From positions 31,746,001-31,810,000 of the forward strand of contig NC_087436.1 of assembly GCF_036321535.1 (NCBI RefSeq): 64,000 nucleotides of DNA, in the 5' to 3' direction. The stretch's first letter is position 1; each line of letters starts with the position of its first letter. This document shows positions 27,235 through 41,620 of this stretch, one piece after another. The notes beneath the pieces are model-generated. The model searched no databases, was not told the origin of the DNA, and saw only the letters and a list, made by a program, of their open reading frames with translations. Both the position numbers and the translations under genes were made by a program. This DNA is from Camelus dromedarius. Lineage: Eukaryota.

Positions 27235-29794
27235 CTGGACGAAAAATGCCACAAAACCCATTTTAATGAATCTATATGAATAAATATTGTAAGACAATAT
27301 TCATTTATTTATACTTATAAAAAATTCACAAAGAATAAATAATACTATAAACAAATCTATCCTGAGTGCCCCAAATATTCTCTACTGAGTGCCTCTCAGA
27401 CCCTTCCAAGAAAGGGTCTGTAAATCAAAAGGCAGGAGGAGCCTTCCCCACAGCAGTTTGCTCCTTACGGTCAGGCACCGGAGGGCTGCAAGCAGAAAAG
27501 CCGAAGATAAATCCCAAAAGGGTTCAAGGATCTTAAACACATATACTGTTAGACTGTCATTTCATTACAATATTATTATACTTAACAACTAACATGTAAG
27601 CGACTTTAAAACTATGACCACATATTACAGTTTGGGGTTTTTTTTTTCTTCCAAAAACATTCCTTTTTTGCTGCTTTAAAGTGGTGCTCTGTGAACAGCC
27701 TTCACCGTAAACACTCAAATGTTTTTACCTGGTTTATCCCTCCTCACTCTCTGAATTTACTAAGTTGAGACGCATAGTTAATCAGACGCATGAAAGACGC
27801 AGGAAACACAAGGAATGTCTGAAGCAAAGGAGACAGCTCCTTGTGAATCAAACAAAATGCATTCTTATGCAAGAATGATCAAAAATAAACTTCAAGCGGT
27901 TATCGTGGTTAGAGCTAGTGGGATAAGACTCTTATTTTCCTCCATTTGCAGACGTATCCCAAACTTCCTACAATGAAAATACTCATGCAGAAAGAAAAAA
28001 AAAAATAGGTTGTAAAAAACAGTCAAACATATTTAAGTGGCAAGAAACAATAAAAATGTCATTACAGCCAACAACAACTTTTTAGCATTATCATAAATTT
28101 AATTAACACTTCTCAAGTCTTTAAAAACTTGGAGAACACATTAGCGCTGACATTGCAATAAGCCCTCAACACATATTCCAAAAAGCCACCTATCATTTCA
28201 AGCCCTGTTTAATGAGGAGATGGTCTCTGTGCAGCCCCCTAATTTCATCTCAATTCCTCTTACCAGCTTGAAAAAACACCACTGGCTCTGAAAATATCAT
28301 CCTACGCCCTATAATTTTTACCATTAAAATGACCAAAAAAGCCAAAGGAAACATCTTGAAGCATGTGTTCAATTTATATCATACAAGTGCACCCTTTATC
28401 CTGCCAAAACTCTCAGCACTACCTTGCAATCTGCTGAGGTAGCCCAGCACTCCCCAGCAAAACCATCCAGAGGTCTCTGGTGTCCCTGGCTGTCTGTCCT
28501 TCTGCCTTAACACAGGACACCCAGTCAGTCAAGTGCGGGTCTTTACAAAGCAGAACTTCATCATCTATGAAGCTGGAATATAGTACTCAGTTCCAAGAGA
28601 GCTCTGAAAACTTCTGGCCACTCTGTAAAGCAACCTCCTCCCAGCCTAACGTTCTGGACCCTAATACCTAAAAGCAAGGACTTTGAGGAAGGAAATTACT
28701 TTGTTCAAGTATCTGAGTAACAGTCCACACCATCACTCCCACTCCAAGGCTGGGGAGCAGAGTGGCAGCCCAACACGAGCAGCCCTCACACGCCAGGCTT
28801 AGGGATCTGTACAAAACACAGTCTTAACCCTTCAGAACTTTGAAATCAGCTGCATAACACTGCATAAATATTTCCCGAGTGCTAGACTGCACACAAGTAG
28901 CCCGTGCCACCACTTCCCAACCTTGACCTACAGCACAGATGCTCACTAACCCTCTCAGTCTCTCACAGGGAACCAAAGCTTGACCTCCTAGACTCGCCAT
29001 CACCACACTTGAGGCAACCCTGAGCTATCAGCAGTGGTGTGTGAGACAAGTGCCATCCTGGTCTTGACAGCAGGAGATGCAGGCAGATAAGGTGCAGGAG
29101 CCCCGAGCTGTATGTACACAAAAATGACCAACTTATAGAAAAGAGGTCACGACAGGCAGGGCACTCAACCAAGGCAGGGCTTCCCCAAAGGTAAGCCTGG
29201 ACAGAGATCAACGGGTAAGAGGAAAAAGCACTTGTGTTTGGAGAAGGACTTAAGGAGAATCACTGAGGTGAAAACACAACTATGTGTTTGGAATATGGTG
29301 AGCTTGGATGGAGTGGAGTTTACTGTGAAAAAACAGCCACAGCTGAAGATCTGAATAGCACTGCAGAAATTTTTTTTTTTTTGAGGGAAAAACAAAAAAC
29401 CCCACCAGAGCAGGAAATTGTGTGGACCAGACCTTCTGTGGCCTTGGGGAAGCGCTTCATGTCTCTGGACTGTTCCCTTGAAGTAAGTAAGTGGGGGGAG
29501 GGGTGGAAATCGGGGCAGGGACTGCAGACCCTGCTCCACACACGCACAGAATTCATCCCTCATCAATCCCACCACTCTCGTCCATGAGCCACACACAGAC
29601 TCGGCGTCCGTCTCAACACACCTGCCACAGCCGGACAAGCGCACGTCCAACAAAGAGCCCATGACTCGTAGACTAACAGGCTGTGATGGAGCTGGCGTTG
29701 CCAGGCGGTGAGGAGTCTCCACTCTCACCTGCAGGCTTAACAGACTTCTCTACTCATCGTTCGTTAACAAACCACAGCCCACGGGCTCTCTCAC

Positions 29795-29982
29795 CCATCT
29801 CCTTAAACTCCTCATTGGTCAGTTCCAGCCACGCAGCGTCCATGTCATTGAGATCGTAACGGCACACACTGTCGGCCAGCGTCCGGATATCCACATAGCC
29901 CAGCTCTGGAGGCTCGGAGCCCGAAGAGATGATGTATTTCTTAGGCCTGATGAACATGAGGGACTTCTCTTCAGACACGACC
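29795..29982 (-). CDS. JADE1: JADE1 coding exon 4 ([16 protein letters not shown]...EEFKEMG)
   Basis: Lies in ORF 29754..29993; ctag acceptor, ATGG|gtgaga donor; 188 nt, cumulative 484. Confidence 0.96.
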
Positions 29983-31969
29983 CTAGTTAACAAGAAAACA
30001 GGGCAGCCAGGTTACCCTTCTGCCACACAAAAAGAAGTTTGTCAGAAGGCCCCAAGTTAGCTTCCCCTCCAACCCCCAAACTCCAGGTCATTGCCAGGTT
30101 AAGAGACTAAACACCCTAACGACACTGCTAATAAAATGATACAGGAGTCATTTCAGTCCCCAAAATGGAAACAGTTTCAAGTAAAAACACTGCAGAAGTC
30201 TCCAAAACCAGCTTCTCCTACGAGGCTTCCTGTAACGCCCCTGCCCTGCCACCATCTATAGCAGCAGTTGCTGGCCTGCTGGCAACACGAAAGCACTGAC
30301 TCCCTAAGTGTCAAGGGATAAATCACTGCCCACTAACCAGGTCTGTCCGCCCCTGCTGGAGGCCACCAAGGCCTGGGTTCTCAATAACACTGAGGAAATG
30401 AGAGCAGCCACACAGGCAGCGCACGCACAGAACGCTGGGGAACTGAGGGGAGAAATCCATTGCCTCTGGTTCTAAAACTCAGGCCTTGACCATTACTGAG
30501 CAGCCTGAGAATCAGAGTCCTCGCCAAGTGGGAGATACTCCCAACACATACTGGGGACCCCATGATGGGAACACAAGTCCCCTCTGCTCCTATACTCCAC
30601 CCTCGCCCCTAGCCTGTGAACAGCTGGAGAAGTGCTGTCCACCACACCCCACTCAGAAGAACGACAGCACACCGAGAAGGTCAAATCGCTGCCGACTGGG
30701 AATGAGAGGCCTCTTCCTGAGAGCAAAGGTGGCCTCGGGGGCCCTACAGAGCCTCACAGTCCCTCCAGGTCTCTCTGTGTGTCAGTAGGTTGCATTAACA
30801 CCCAGTTGTCCAGTTTGTCAAACTACCTCCATCACCCTGATCATTACCAGAGTGATTTTATCTACATGACACGGAGATGGGGAAACTCAAGTTATTTCTC
30901 CTGCTCAACCAAGAGCAGGGTTTCAGCTAAAACCTTCCATAAGCTGTGTTAACGTTTACTCCTCTTATACTGGGCCCCTAACTCCTGGACAGAAATCGCC
31001 AGTGCTGAACAGTTGATGCTGCAGACTCTAAGGCAAACAGACGGTGTTTATCCTGCAGAGCCCAGGGAGACACTCCATCCACTCCACAGGCTGGCGTCTG
31101 GCCTATGGAGGCATCGGAGTGGTCACGTAAGCCTGCTTGTTTGTGTGGACACAACATGTTTTGTCACAGAGATCCCAAACACAGTAATCAGATTCGATCA
31201 TCCCAAGTGCCTGAGGGATAGTCACCACTCGGGTGAGGGCCGAGGGGTCAGTTCAGCCCACACTCGACAATGGTGCAAGAGTCCATTTCGCAAAGCAGGC
31301 AGCTGACTGACGACACAGCAGGAGGAGAGGCACGCGGGCTCTCTTCCAGGAGGAGCCTCCAGGCCATGGGAGCAAATCAGCCTAGCTTCATGCTGAGGCA
31401 GGTCATCAAGGACCCAACCCTCCACACTTTTAAGGGGAAAAGTGGTTTAGAAGTAAATCCAGAGAAATCCCCAAGAACAACTGGGCAAAGTCCACCCAAG
31501 GAGAACTCATCAAATTTACTCCTCCTCTGAGCTCCACCTTGACACAACCCTAACCTGGCAGGCCTGCTCACACCCGTCCTCCCCAAAGGTGGAGTCGACC
31601 ACGGCAGGACCCAGTAAGGCCAGACACCTCTCTCCAGCAGAGCTGCTCCCAGAGGAAAAGAGGAAGCAGCTGTGCAAACATCCAAATGTTCCCTGTTCCC
31701 CACCGGCCACTCACTTCCCAGGAAGTCTTGGAATCTACCTTCCTCTCTTAAGAGAGAGCAGCACCTTCCCAAGATGGATACAATGTTGTTCAGAGGCCCA
31801 GGGCCCTCAAAACCACTACCTTCAGACCCGAGGTGTGTTTCTAATGCATTTCCCCTTCCCCCGGAGGCCCCACTGCCCACTCGACACTGCTCCTCTCAGA
31901 CACCTGGCTGTCAGGACAGAGAGGAATGGCGGGGAGAGACACGGTGCTCCTCTCCCAGGGCACGTCTAC

Positions 31970-32127
31970 CTGGCCACAGGCTGAGGGATGGTCCCAGGGC
32001 TCACTGGCACCTGGACCCCCTTCTCCCACTCCTGTCTCCAGGGATCTGCCAGCACATAATACTCATCCGGGTTCAGCTGGTAGGAGTCGTGCAACTTCAT
32101 GGCGGTGATCAGGTCTGTCCTAAACAC
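31970..32127 (-). CDS. JADE1: JADE1 coding exon 3 ([17 protein letters not shown]...PQPVAR), EPC-homology N-terminal region
   Basis: ttccag acceptor, CAG|gtagac donor; 158 nt, cumulative 296. Not in the ORF track; translated by hand. Confidence 0.96.
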
Positions 32128-34867
32128 CTGGAAAGGGAGAGAAAGGATCGCTGACGCTGGATGTTTGCATTCTTATTCAGAGCACTGGCAGCTGCGGGGT
32201 AACCATGGAGCTGCCATGAAACAGGGTCACTGTTTCAACAGAGAACCAGTCTGACCTATTATAGGAAACCCCTTGGCCTGCTGCACCCGGGGCCTCTCTC
32301 AGGCTTGGGGTAGTGGCAGCTCACCCTGTCCTCACTCCCTCACCAGCTCTGAGAGATGAGAGTGTCTGCACCGGCTACAGCAACAAAGGAACCTTGCTGT
32401 CCTCCCCTGAAAAACTCTAAGAACTCCCAATTCACCGAACAGGCTGCTGGAAACATGCGCCTGAAAATCCCTGGAGGGAAGTATCTCACTCAGGGGTGCC
32501 ATTTTGGTAAATGTTTAAGAAATAAAACTTCACCAACCATGTAACAACTCCAAGCCAAACCCAGAGCCACAAGGCTGCCTCTGTCACACTCAGATTGCCC
32601 CCACCCGGCCCCTGCCCACCAAAGCACTAGGGCTTACAGCAAGGGGTCTGGGGAGGGCAGGTCCTGGTTGGTCAGTGCCAGGCAGAAGTACAGGCCAGAA
32701 AAATGTGGGAGAGAAGCAATGACAAGCCAGTGGAATCAAGGCAGAAAATGGGCTTATAAAAAGTGTATTCGTTCGCACACCTTCTCCTGGCACAACTTCT
32801 ACAATGAAGTGGCATTTGCAGAGAAAGGAGCAGAAGGAAAGAGGGAAGGAGAGAGAGAGAAAGAATCAAGCAAGCTACTAGCCTCTCCTCCCCCTGCCAA
32901 AAACAGACCCACAAGACTCCAAAGTACCCCTCTGCCAAGAGGGGGCCTCAATCCCTCACTGCAGGCCGGGGGACCACGTCCTCCTGAGGGGGCCGAAGGA
33001 CAGCAGCAGCACAGCTCTGCCTCCCCGCTGGGGCCTTGTCCTCAGTCCACTCAGGTCTCAGGACCACACAAGGAAGCTCTGGCCCTGGCGTGAGCACTGG
33101 CCCAAAGTTGTATTTGGCACAACGTGTGCCTGCATCTGAAAGCTACACTCTCTGTTTACACAAGTCACAATGCTGAACTCTCTCTTCTTGGGACAGGGAG
33201 TTCCTTCTTGTGCTGCTAAGCATAGTTCACATTATATGCCTGCTATTAGGTCCGTATTTGTTTTTCCTGGTGGCTTTTCAGGCTGGTGATCACTTTAATA
33301 AACTTCACCATAATAAAGCCTGAGGCAGTATCTAAATAAAAAGGTCATTTCTTCAGACTGCCATTCTGGACCAGACTTTTCCCCAGTATGCTGCTCCTTG
33401 TTTCTAAAATCCCAGTAACAAGAGAGAACCTGGCTGTGCACCTTCCACAAAAGCACAAGTAAGATGGAGTCCCCTGCAGCACTGAGTCCCCAGAACAGGT
33501 GCTGGGGCCCGGGTGCACATGAACCTTGTCAGCCCACCTTCCCCACCCCCAAAGAGAAAAGTCCTTCACATAAAGCCACAGGTTTACATATTCAGGTGGC
33601 AAACCAGTTAAAAACACTTTCCAACTTAGTCTGATAAATAAGAAGTGAGGGAGTCTGCCAAAGAAGGAAAATCAAACTGAGGTGACAAGAGGAAAAAAGG
33701 CAGCCCACTGTTCCCGCACTCAAGGAACTCGGATACGATGGTCAAGGATGGACACAGATGCCCTCAAATGGACGTGAACTCCTGTGTCCCCAGCAGAGCT
33801 ACACGTTAGCACTTTAAGTGGAAAGCAATGTCAACTCAAGAGAAATTTTACAAAAAGCCTGGAACAAAACCCAAGTTGGGGAGCAGGCCGGCCCTCAGTG
33901 CCAGCACCAGAAGGGGCTCTAACCACACCCGGGAGGCAGTGGTGCTGGTCACCCGGGCACCAGCTTCCTATTAGAGCCCCGGTACCCCTGCCCTGAAATA
34001 AAAGGCACACAGTGTGAACATCAGAAAGGTACTGAGGGGGCTGTGGAGGTAGCACGAGCAGCAGAGTCACTGTGAGACCAAAGAGAGGGAAGACGGCACT
34101 GCAGGTGCAAAAGGACAAAGGCCTGGAATAAATCAAGGCAACGAAGCGGCCGCCCTGTCACGAACACCTAATCTGACGTTTACGTGCCCCCAGGGACGGT
34201 TTTCCACAGTTCTGAAGTACGCATCCTACTTCCTCATGGAGGAAGTTATTTCACAAGCACATAACCCCTACCCTCCTCAACACAGAGCCCCCAGCATCCC
34301 TCTCACAGTCGGAGGAGACGCAGTTCCTTGGGGACGGCGGCCACCTCGGAACTCACTGCACCAAAAGGCAGCACAAAACCAAGGGGCTGAACTAAAAACT
34401 CTCTATTCTGAGCATAACCTGCTCACCTGAAAACGGTGATAAACTAAAATGCCTTTTCTTCAATCATTTAAATCCTCAGAGTCCAGCCCAAGGCTTTCAG
34501 AGAAAAGAGATCTCAGGACTGGCAGGGCCCCTGATAAACGAAAGCCAACAAAGACATGCACCTACAGCCTTACAGAGACAGGTAATGGGTAGGCAGGCAG
34601 GCAGACAGACAGACAGACAGAAACAAACGGGAGGGCACAGGGAAACCGAAGATGAGAAACAGATGGGGGAAGAGCTTTAAGCATAATCCCCAGAACAAAA
34701 CTCCCAGAATTACGTTGGCTTTTGCCAAATAAGCCACAAATTCATAGCTAAAACTAACTTGAGGCTGGTAGTGACTGGCAGCAGCCAGACACACTGATCT
34801 CCTGGCCAGAGGGAAAGTTGCTGGGAGCCAGCAAAGATGGAACAGAAAAGGAAACAAAGAATAAAAT

Positions 34868-35060
34868 TAATAATAACAACTAACATTTACTGAGCACATT
34901 TCACCTGCTTTGTATGCATTAACCTCTGTGTATTAACCCACTTAATCCTCACTAGAATCCTATGAGGTAAACACCTGTGTTACCCCATCTTACAGATTTG
35001 GAAACTGAGACACCGAGAGGTTAAATAACTCACCCAAGAATGCACAGACATCAATACCAA
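34868..35060 (-). mobile_element. MIR SINE
   Basis: Antisense core cccatcttacagatttggaaactgagacaccgagaggttaaataactcacccaag. Confidence 0.8.
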
Positions 35061-35133
35061 TCAACCAGGTGCGTGTGTCAACCATACACTCACACACACG
35101 CGTACGACAGTCACACCAGCATTCGGGAAATAC

Positions 35134-35219
35134 CTCTGAAGGCTTTCGGTCTTCATGTCTGGAGCATGAACTTCTCCTGTGCTGGGATCGGGAATTCTGT
35201 GACCACGTAGTTGACAGGC
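35134..35219 (-). CDS. JADE1: JADE1 coding exon 2 ([29 protein letters not shown])
   Basis: tttag acceptor, GAG|gtattt donor; 86 nt, cumulative 138. Confidence 0.96.
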
Positions 35220-37809
35220 CTAAAGAAATAAATATCCGAACAGGAACAATTAAAAATTGAACAATTAAGAACACACAAATCAGTGTTTACAGGGGTCTTT
35301 TTTTTTTTTTTAAGCCAAACTGAGCAAGGCTTCCCTCAGTGCCACCCCAGGAGACAAGTCAATGCTCTGCTGGTGCTCTCCTCCCCCAGAGCTCCTCCAC
35401 CCCCATTACTCACTTACACACTCACTCCCCAAAGCAGGCCAACAAGACCCTCTGTGTGGCTGTGCTCAGGGGTCCTGTGTCACAGAACAGCTCACGGGAG
35501 GGGAGAGGCTTTTCAAGAACACCACACAGGTGGAACCTCTGTCCCTAAGCCTGCACTTGAGGCTCCAAGTCTCACACTGGTAAATATAAATTCAGAAACT
35601 TTCTTGAATTTCCAGTAACCTTTCTAAACACGAAGATCATTATGCTAAATCCTAAAAGCCATCCCCCAAAACATAAGAAAAAAAGTTTTGACTCCGCAAA
35701 AAAAAAAAAAAAAAAACTTTAGCATTTCCTGGAACAGGGAAGTTCAGACCTGCTGTACACTAGCTGCTACAGCCAAATCACCTTTAAAACTGCGTACTCC
35801 TCTCTTTCCCCATAAAAAGCCTGTCAGCTCTTTTCTGAGCTCTGAAGATAAGGTATTCTTATCCCTGGTCACACGGCCCCTCCCCCACCAGGACACGGAA
35901 ACTGGAAACCCTACCAGGACACCTTTGTCTCCTAACTGCCACCAAATCTGAGCCTGAGCTCCTCTCAGGCCTAAGACCCCTCTGCAGCACAGCCTCCATC
36001 CTGCTTTCCTGGTGTCCCCACTCTGTGGGCCCTGTCTTCCAGGTGCCCCCCCACCCCGGCAGTGCTCATCCAAGCCTACAGTCCTACTCAGCACGCCCAG
36101 GAGACCGCCAAACCTGTGTGACCTGCATTCCCACGCTCATCTCCCACCCAAGCACTAGGTCCACGTTCACTCTCAGATCAGACATCAGCCAAGTCCACGG
36201 TGTTCCTGAGATGGGTCAGAGTTCAGCACCACACTAACTGGGCTCAACATCTTACCCAAACCCGTTCTTCTACTCCTACTTTGAGGAATTATCACCACCA
36301 CTCCCACTTGAAGTCAGTAATCTTAAGAGTCATCCTAGACTCTCCTGACTCAGGACACATCCAATCAATGAATGCCTGAGTCACATCAGTTCAACTGCCC
36401 AAAACCTCAGAATCCCGGTCTTCTCTGTCTGTGGGTGCTGGACCACCATCAGAGACCTGAAACAGCTCTCACAACCACCTGCAGGGTGTCTAACTTCCTA
36501 ATAACGTGCCTCCACCTTGATTACAACTGTACCATTTCCCAGAAATTTAACAGCCCCTCCCCGACCCCAGAAAGCTGAGACCTGAGGGAACCTCTACCGT
36601 GCCAGTAAAATCACCTGTCACTCAAACAAGAAACTCTTATCTCTACGGATTCCAGAAACAAGGGACACAGAATCAAAACATCCTTAAGACCTTGGGGGCA
36701 TTAAGAAATAGACTCTGCACATAAGCCTATCATCAGATTTGCAATGACAGAGACTAAAGGGGATTGCCACGCTCCCCTGACAGGGGAGGGGTCGGCACTA
36801 CCCTTGAAGGCCAGTTCTGAGGCCCGATACTGGGTCAACTGACTGCTGTCAGGCCAGCAGAACTAGATTTCCTACTAGTGGCCCTACTGCACTGCTCGGT
36901 AATATTTTCAAAACTTCTTCTTTAAAAAATAATCCTAAGTATCTTTCTTTAGACTCCAAATGAACAAGAAATCTTCACTCCCACACTGCAAGAAATATTC
37001 TGGGCACACTGGGGTGATTCCGACTTGCAGGAAGTTCTAAATCTAGTCACCACTGGAGAAAGAAAGACAGAAGCCAAGCTAGGAACCCAGAGAGGAAGGC
37101 AGCTGGGCAGCTCATGTGTTTAACAGGCCCCTCTGCCAACCTCTGGTCCTGCAGGCCACCCCCAGCCAGCCCACAGGCTGAAAGCAGAGATGGGAAGAGC
37201 ACAAGCAACTCGGGGTGGGACTGCCCAAGGGCTAGGGGCGGGGAAGGAGACACAGGGCAGAAGAGGGATGGCCCCTTTACTTAGAATTACCATGTAAAGG
37301 GTTGTAAGTGATAAGGAATGAAACAGAAAAACTTTAAATTCATTCCACAGCTATAATTCAGAAACTAACATGGTGGGGAGGGGAGGCGAGTGCTTACAGT
37401 TAAATACTATCAAAGTTAAAGCAGAAGCAACAGATTTGTTCATTCTCAAAGTTCTGTGGCCCTCTTGCCTCTTCCTGGGGATCTGTCAGGATCCCTCCAG
37501 GGTAGCTTTCAAGGTTCCCAGGAAGTTTCAGCTTTGCTGGCACAGAACAAACCAAGTAATGGCAATCACTTTGAAACTTTTCCTAGTACTGCTTTTATAT
37601 TCTTGAAAAATGTTGTCTGCTTTTAAAAACATATATTCAAAAATGCTATAAATTGGTATCTGATCGTATTACCCAAGAGAAATTCTGGTCCACCCAGAAA
37701 TAGTCTGTTCCTCTTCCTTTTCATTTGCCTAATGCAAGAGGAGGAAGAGAAAAATTAATAAAATTTACACTGCAGAAAGGGAAAGGCTGGGAGGAAAACT
37801 AAGTTTAAA

Positions 37810-38210
37810 TTACCACTGACACAAGGAATGTCCTTAGCTTATTTATAAAAGACAAAAAACAGAAACCATGCAAACACCCACCACCAGACTGAATGAATGA
37901 ACAAATCATGGCAAAACCACAACGGACTACTACCCAGCAATAAAAAGGAACGAGCCGGTGATAGATGCAACACGGATGTATGTGGGAATAATTATGTGGC
38001 ATTAAAGAAGCCAGATGAAAAGAATACGAACTGTATTATTCCGTTTATATGAAACTCCAGAAAATATAAGCTAATCTATAGTGACAGAAAGTAGATCAGA
38101 GGTTGACTGAGGAAAGCAGGGGGGGAAGGATTATCTTGAGTTATATGATTTCATGGGTGTAAACGTGTCAAAATGTATCAAAGCATACACTTTAAATGTG
38201 TGCAGAAAAT
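37810..38210 (+). mobile_element. Old L1M (L1MB/MC-like) 3' fragment
   Basis: cagcaataaaaaggaacga...ctaatctatagtgacagaaagtagatcag are typical L1M 3' end motifs. Confidence 0.75.
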
Positions 38211-41059
38211 ACCTGGTGACTTTCTATCATCCATTAACAGTGAAGGAAAACAAAATGCTCCATTTTACTTCACACGGGTGGCTGGTACGAAGCCTGCACT
38301 TCGCTGCTCAACAGCGAGAAGCAGGATCCTCCACGCCCCACACAGGTACCTACTGGTGATCCCCTCCTTCTAACTCACTGTACTACTCAGAGCACACAGT
38401 GTACCTAAGTCAGCGCTGTGCACACAGCAGATTCTCAATTTTTTTTTCAAGTTTTTAAATGGAAAAAATATAGTGTCATTGTTCAGGACAGACAGTCACG
38501 CTCAACGAGAACCATCACTGTTACTCAAGCACTGCAGGTGGCAGGTACCAAAGACACACTCCTGTTTTAACTACTAGAAGATATGCTTTTGAGCTTAAGG
38601 AAAATGAGGTCCTGGCAAACAGAGACAGCATGGTGGGGCCGCTGTTTCCTGACAGGAACGCACTCCCCTGACAGCACCCACAGCGAGCCCACGGGAGACT
38701 CAGAGCACCTGCCTTGACGTTCTTCACCACTTCTCCCTCAGCCACATTCTCTCCGGGTACTTCCCAGACGGCCATCAAGCTCCCAGAACACAATCCCAAG
38801 CAAAAATGGCCCGCACTCCATTTTAATTTTAAAATGCTATGGTTTTTTTTGGAAGTATACTGGGTGAAGAAAAAGAATTAAACCAGAAATGAGAGTATTT
38901 CAAACACCAAAAGGACTGGGGAGGCAGTGATTCACACTGTGGTATAACACTGGCCACTTCTTAGCTCTTAAAAACCACGTGCTAAGATTATGCTGAGTTG
39001 GTGCCGCATTTTGTTTTTTTTCAGAGTGCTAACATTTAATGACAAGCTAAATTAAGAATATGGCAAGTAACTTTTTGTTTGTTGCTTTCAGGAGAGGAGT
39101 TGGCAACTCTAAAAACTTGGTAATATCTAAAAAGTACTGTATTACCCACACACAAGATATTACCTAAAGTTAAGTCTATTCTAGTGACAAGTGTGACTTT
39201 TAGCTTCTTGACATGTACGCTGTTTGAGTATCAACAATTAATCTATATTAAACACTGAAAAGAATTAATGGAATAAACCCTTGTTTTGTTTCACTGTCCC
39301 CAATTTCCATTAAAACAAATTTGGGAGCAATAATAAAAGTCATAAAAGGCTCACAGATCAGAGCACTATGAGCATGGATCTTGTGTGTGCACTGCATTCT
39401 GAACCCTGCTTCCTGGTCCTATTATGCATTTACCTCGAATACTCCTTTGAAATATTAAAAATAGCCACGCAGTCTTGCCCTAGATCTAAAATAAGGAAAA
39501 ACCTCAAGAGTACATCTAATACATATTGCACACACCTCCCATTTGACAGTTCGTGTATGTGTAGCCTCCCAGGTTGTCCTGCACATGAAAGGTTCAGAAA
39601 TTAGAATGAATGGCAGCCTGGGTGGGTGCTCATACCACCACAAAATGCAAAACTACGAAAGAACCTAACCACTGATCAAATAGCGTATCTCCTGTGTCTC
39701 ACATCCTGTTTCTAAATGCTAAATACTACCCTTGTGTCTCTAGAAGTGTTAAATCAGCTTAGCACAGTAAGAGGCTTAGGACCAGCAAGCATGGAGCCCA
39801 GCAGGCCAACCACTGTCACCATAACAGTGCAGGCTTCATTACTGCAAGGCGAGGCCAGCTTGCGCAAGTAAAGAGGTACTATGCAAAGTCCTAGCTAAAA
39901 GAAAGCAAACTGAATGTAGTTCCCAGCTACTTGCTTTAACTGCATGATAACTGTATGACCTAAGACTCGCACACCACTGCTATTTCCAGCATGGTCTGAC
40001 CCCACATCTCCCGCCGCCCAGCCCGCCCTTCCATCCCAGCATGGCTTATTGGCTCCATGGTCCAAACTCACTTCCGTCTTTCAAAAAACAAAGCTTAATG
40101 GGTACATTCAGAGAACTGGCCCAGGAATGTTCCAACATATTTAAATACACTTGGCCTTCAACCAACTGACACAAATGTTTCACAGTAACCCAGCCCTTCT
40201 GTTGAGTCCAAGTCTAGGGCCACAGAGACTAGCTGGTGGACCAGACCGTCCGTGCTGTGTTAGCAGCTCCTCAAGCCCAAGATGATGCTCTTCCACTGTC
40301 AAGGACAAGCCACACGTCAGGTTTGGAAAGGGGCAAAGCCATCTCCGCGTGCCTTGAGGTGACATGGGCACAGCACACATTCTGCAGTACTTGAGACAAA
40401 ACTCTCATTTCAAGAATCCCTACACAAGATGTCGTTGGTGTCCTAAGATGCAACTTATGGAGGGAAGGGAGTAAATTAAAGGCATAGTCAAACAGAAATA
40501 GAAACGGAAGCAGACTTAACTTTTATGCAAAAGGGAAACCACCAAGAAACCTCAGAAGACTTGCCATGAAAGGAACCAAGAACAGTCAGTCAAACGTAAA
40601 AAAAAATGACAAGTTATTGAAAAACGTAAGAGAACCCATTAAATGCATGAGACATAAAAGGTCCAAGCAGAAGTATGTTTCATCCACTAAAAGTCTTGGT
40701 CTTTCTTTTCTGTTTATCCGTCAGCTGGAGAGAACCCAGAAAAACAAAAGTCCTCACATAACTTCATGTTCATCAACCAGCATTACAAAGCGTGAAATTC
40801 GTAGGCCTGAATTCTACTCAGCTCTTTTCTGCACCTTTGTTATCACAAAGGTGATAACTTGGCTAGAACTTGGCTAGATAACTAGAGAAGACAGAAGTGT
40901 TTCAGGGTCAGCAGAAACTGAGAGACCAGGGAGGGCCCCCACAAGTACCTGTTCCAGACCTCCAACCACACCCTAGGCCTTCCCACAGGGAGGTCAGCAC
41001 AGCCCTGAAATTTAGGACATTAGGCAGGTGAAAACAATCCCCAGGCCCAATTCCAGCAC

Positions 41060-41620
41060 GCGCCTGTGGAAGCGTCCCCACACCACCAACCATCAGACAC
41101 CAGCAGGGTGTCCAAGAATTCAATTCCATTCTGACACCACCTACCCAGAGACAGAACTCGATTCCACAGGATCAGCACCACAAAACTGCCCTTCACTTCA
41201 GATGCCAGCTGCCAACCCCAGGTTGTTACCTGTGCTTCGGACTGACTGGCTATAAATCAGAGGTTCCCATGACCCCTTCCTTACTTGGGTTCAATTAATT
41301 TGTTAGAGTGGCTCAAAGAACTCAGAGAAACATGTTACTTACCAGATCACCAATGTATTATAAAGGGATATTAAAAGGATATGAATCACCAGCCAGATGA
41401 AGAAGAAATACATTAAGACAAGGCATGGGGAAAGGGCATGGAGCTTCCATGCCCTCTCAGAGAGCACCACTCTCCCCAAATCTCCATGTTCACCAACCGG
41501 GTAGCTTCCTGAACCCTGTCTTTTTGGGTTTTTATGGAGGCTTCATTACACAGGCATGATGGATTAAATCATCATTGATTTAATGGTGCAACCTCCAGCC
41601 CCTTTCCCCTCCCCACAAGC
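41060..41620. mobile_element. ERV LTR fragment, MER21-family-like
   Basis: gacaccagcagggtgtcc...attctgacac...ggctataaatcagaggttccc...aattaatttgttagagtggctca resembles the recalled MER21 consensus. Confidence 0.7.

Noticed and set aside
29165..29728. 187-aa minus-strand ORF just after coding exon 4
   Set aside because: It crosses homopolymer runs, does not resemble JADE1, and is not needed for the 842-aa frame.
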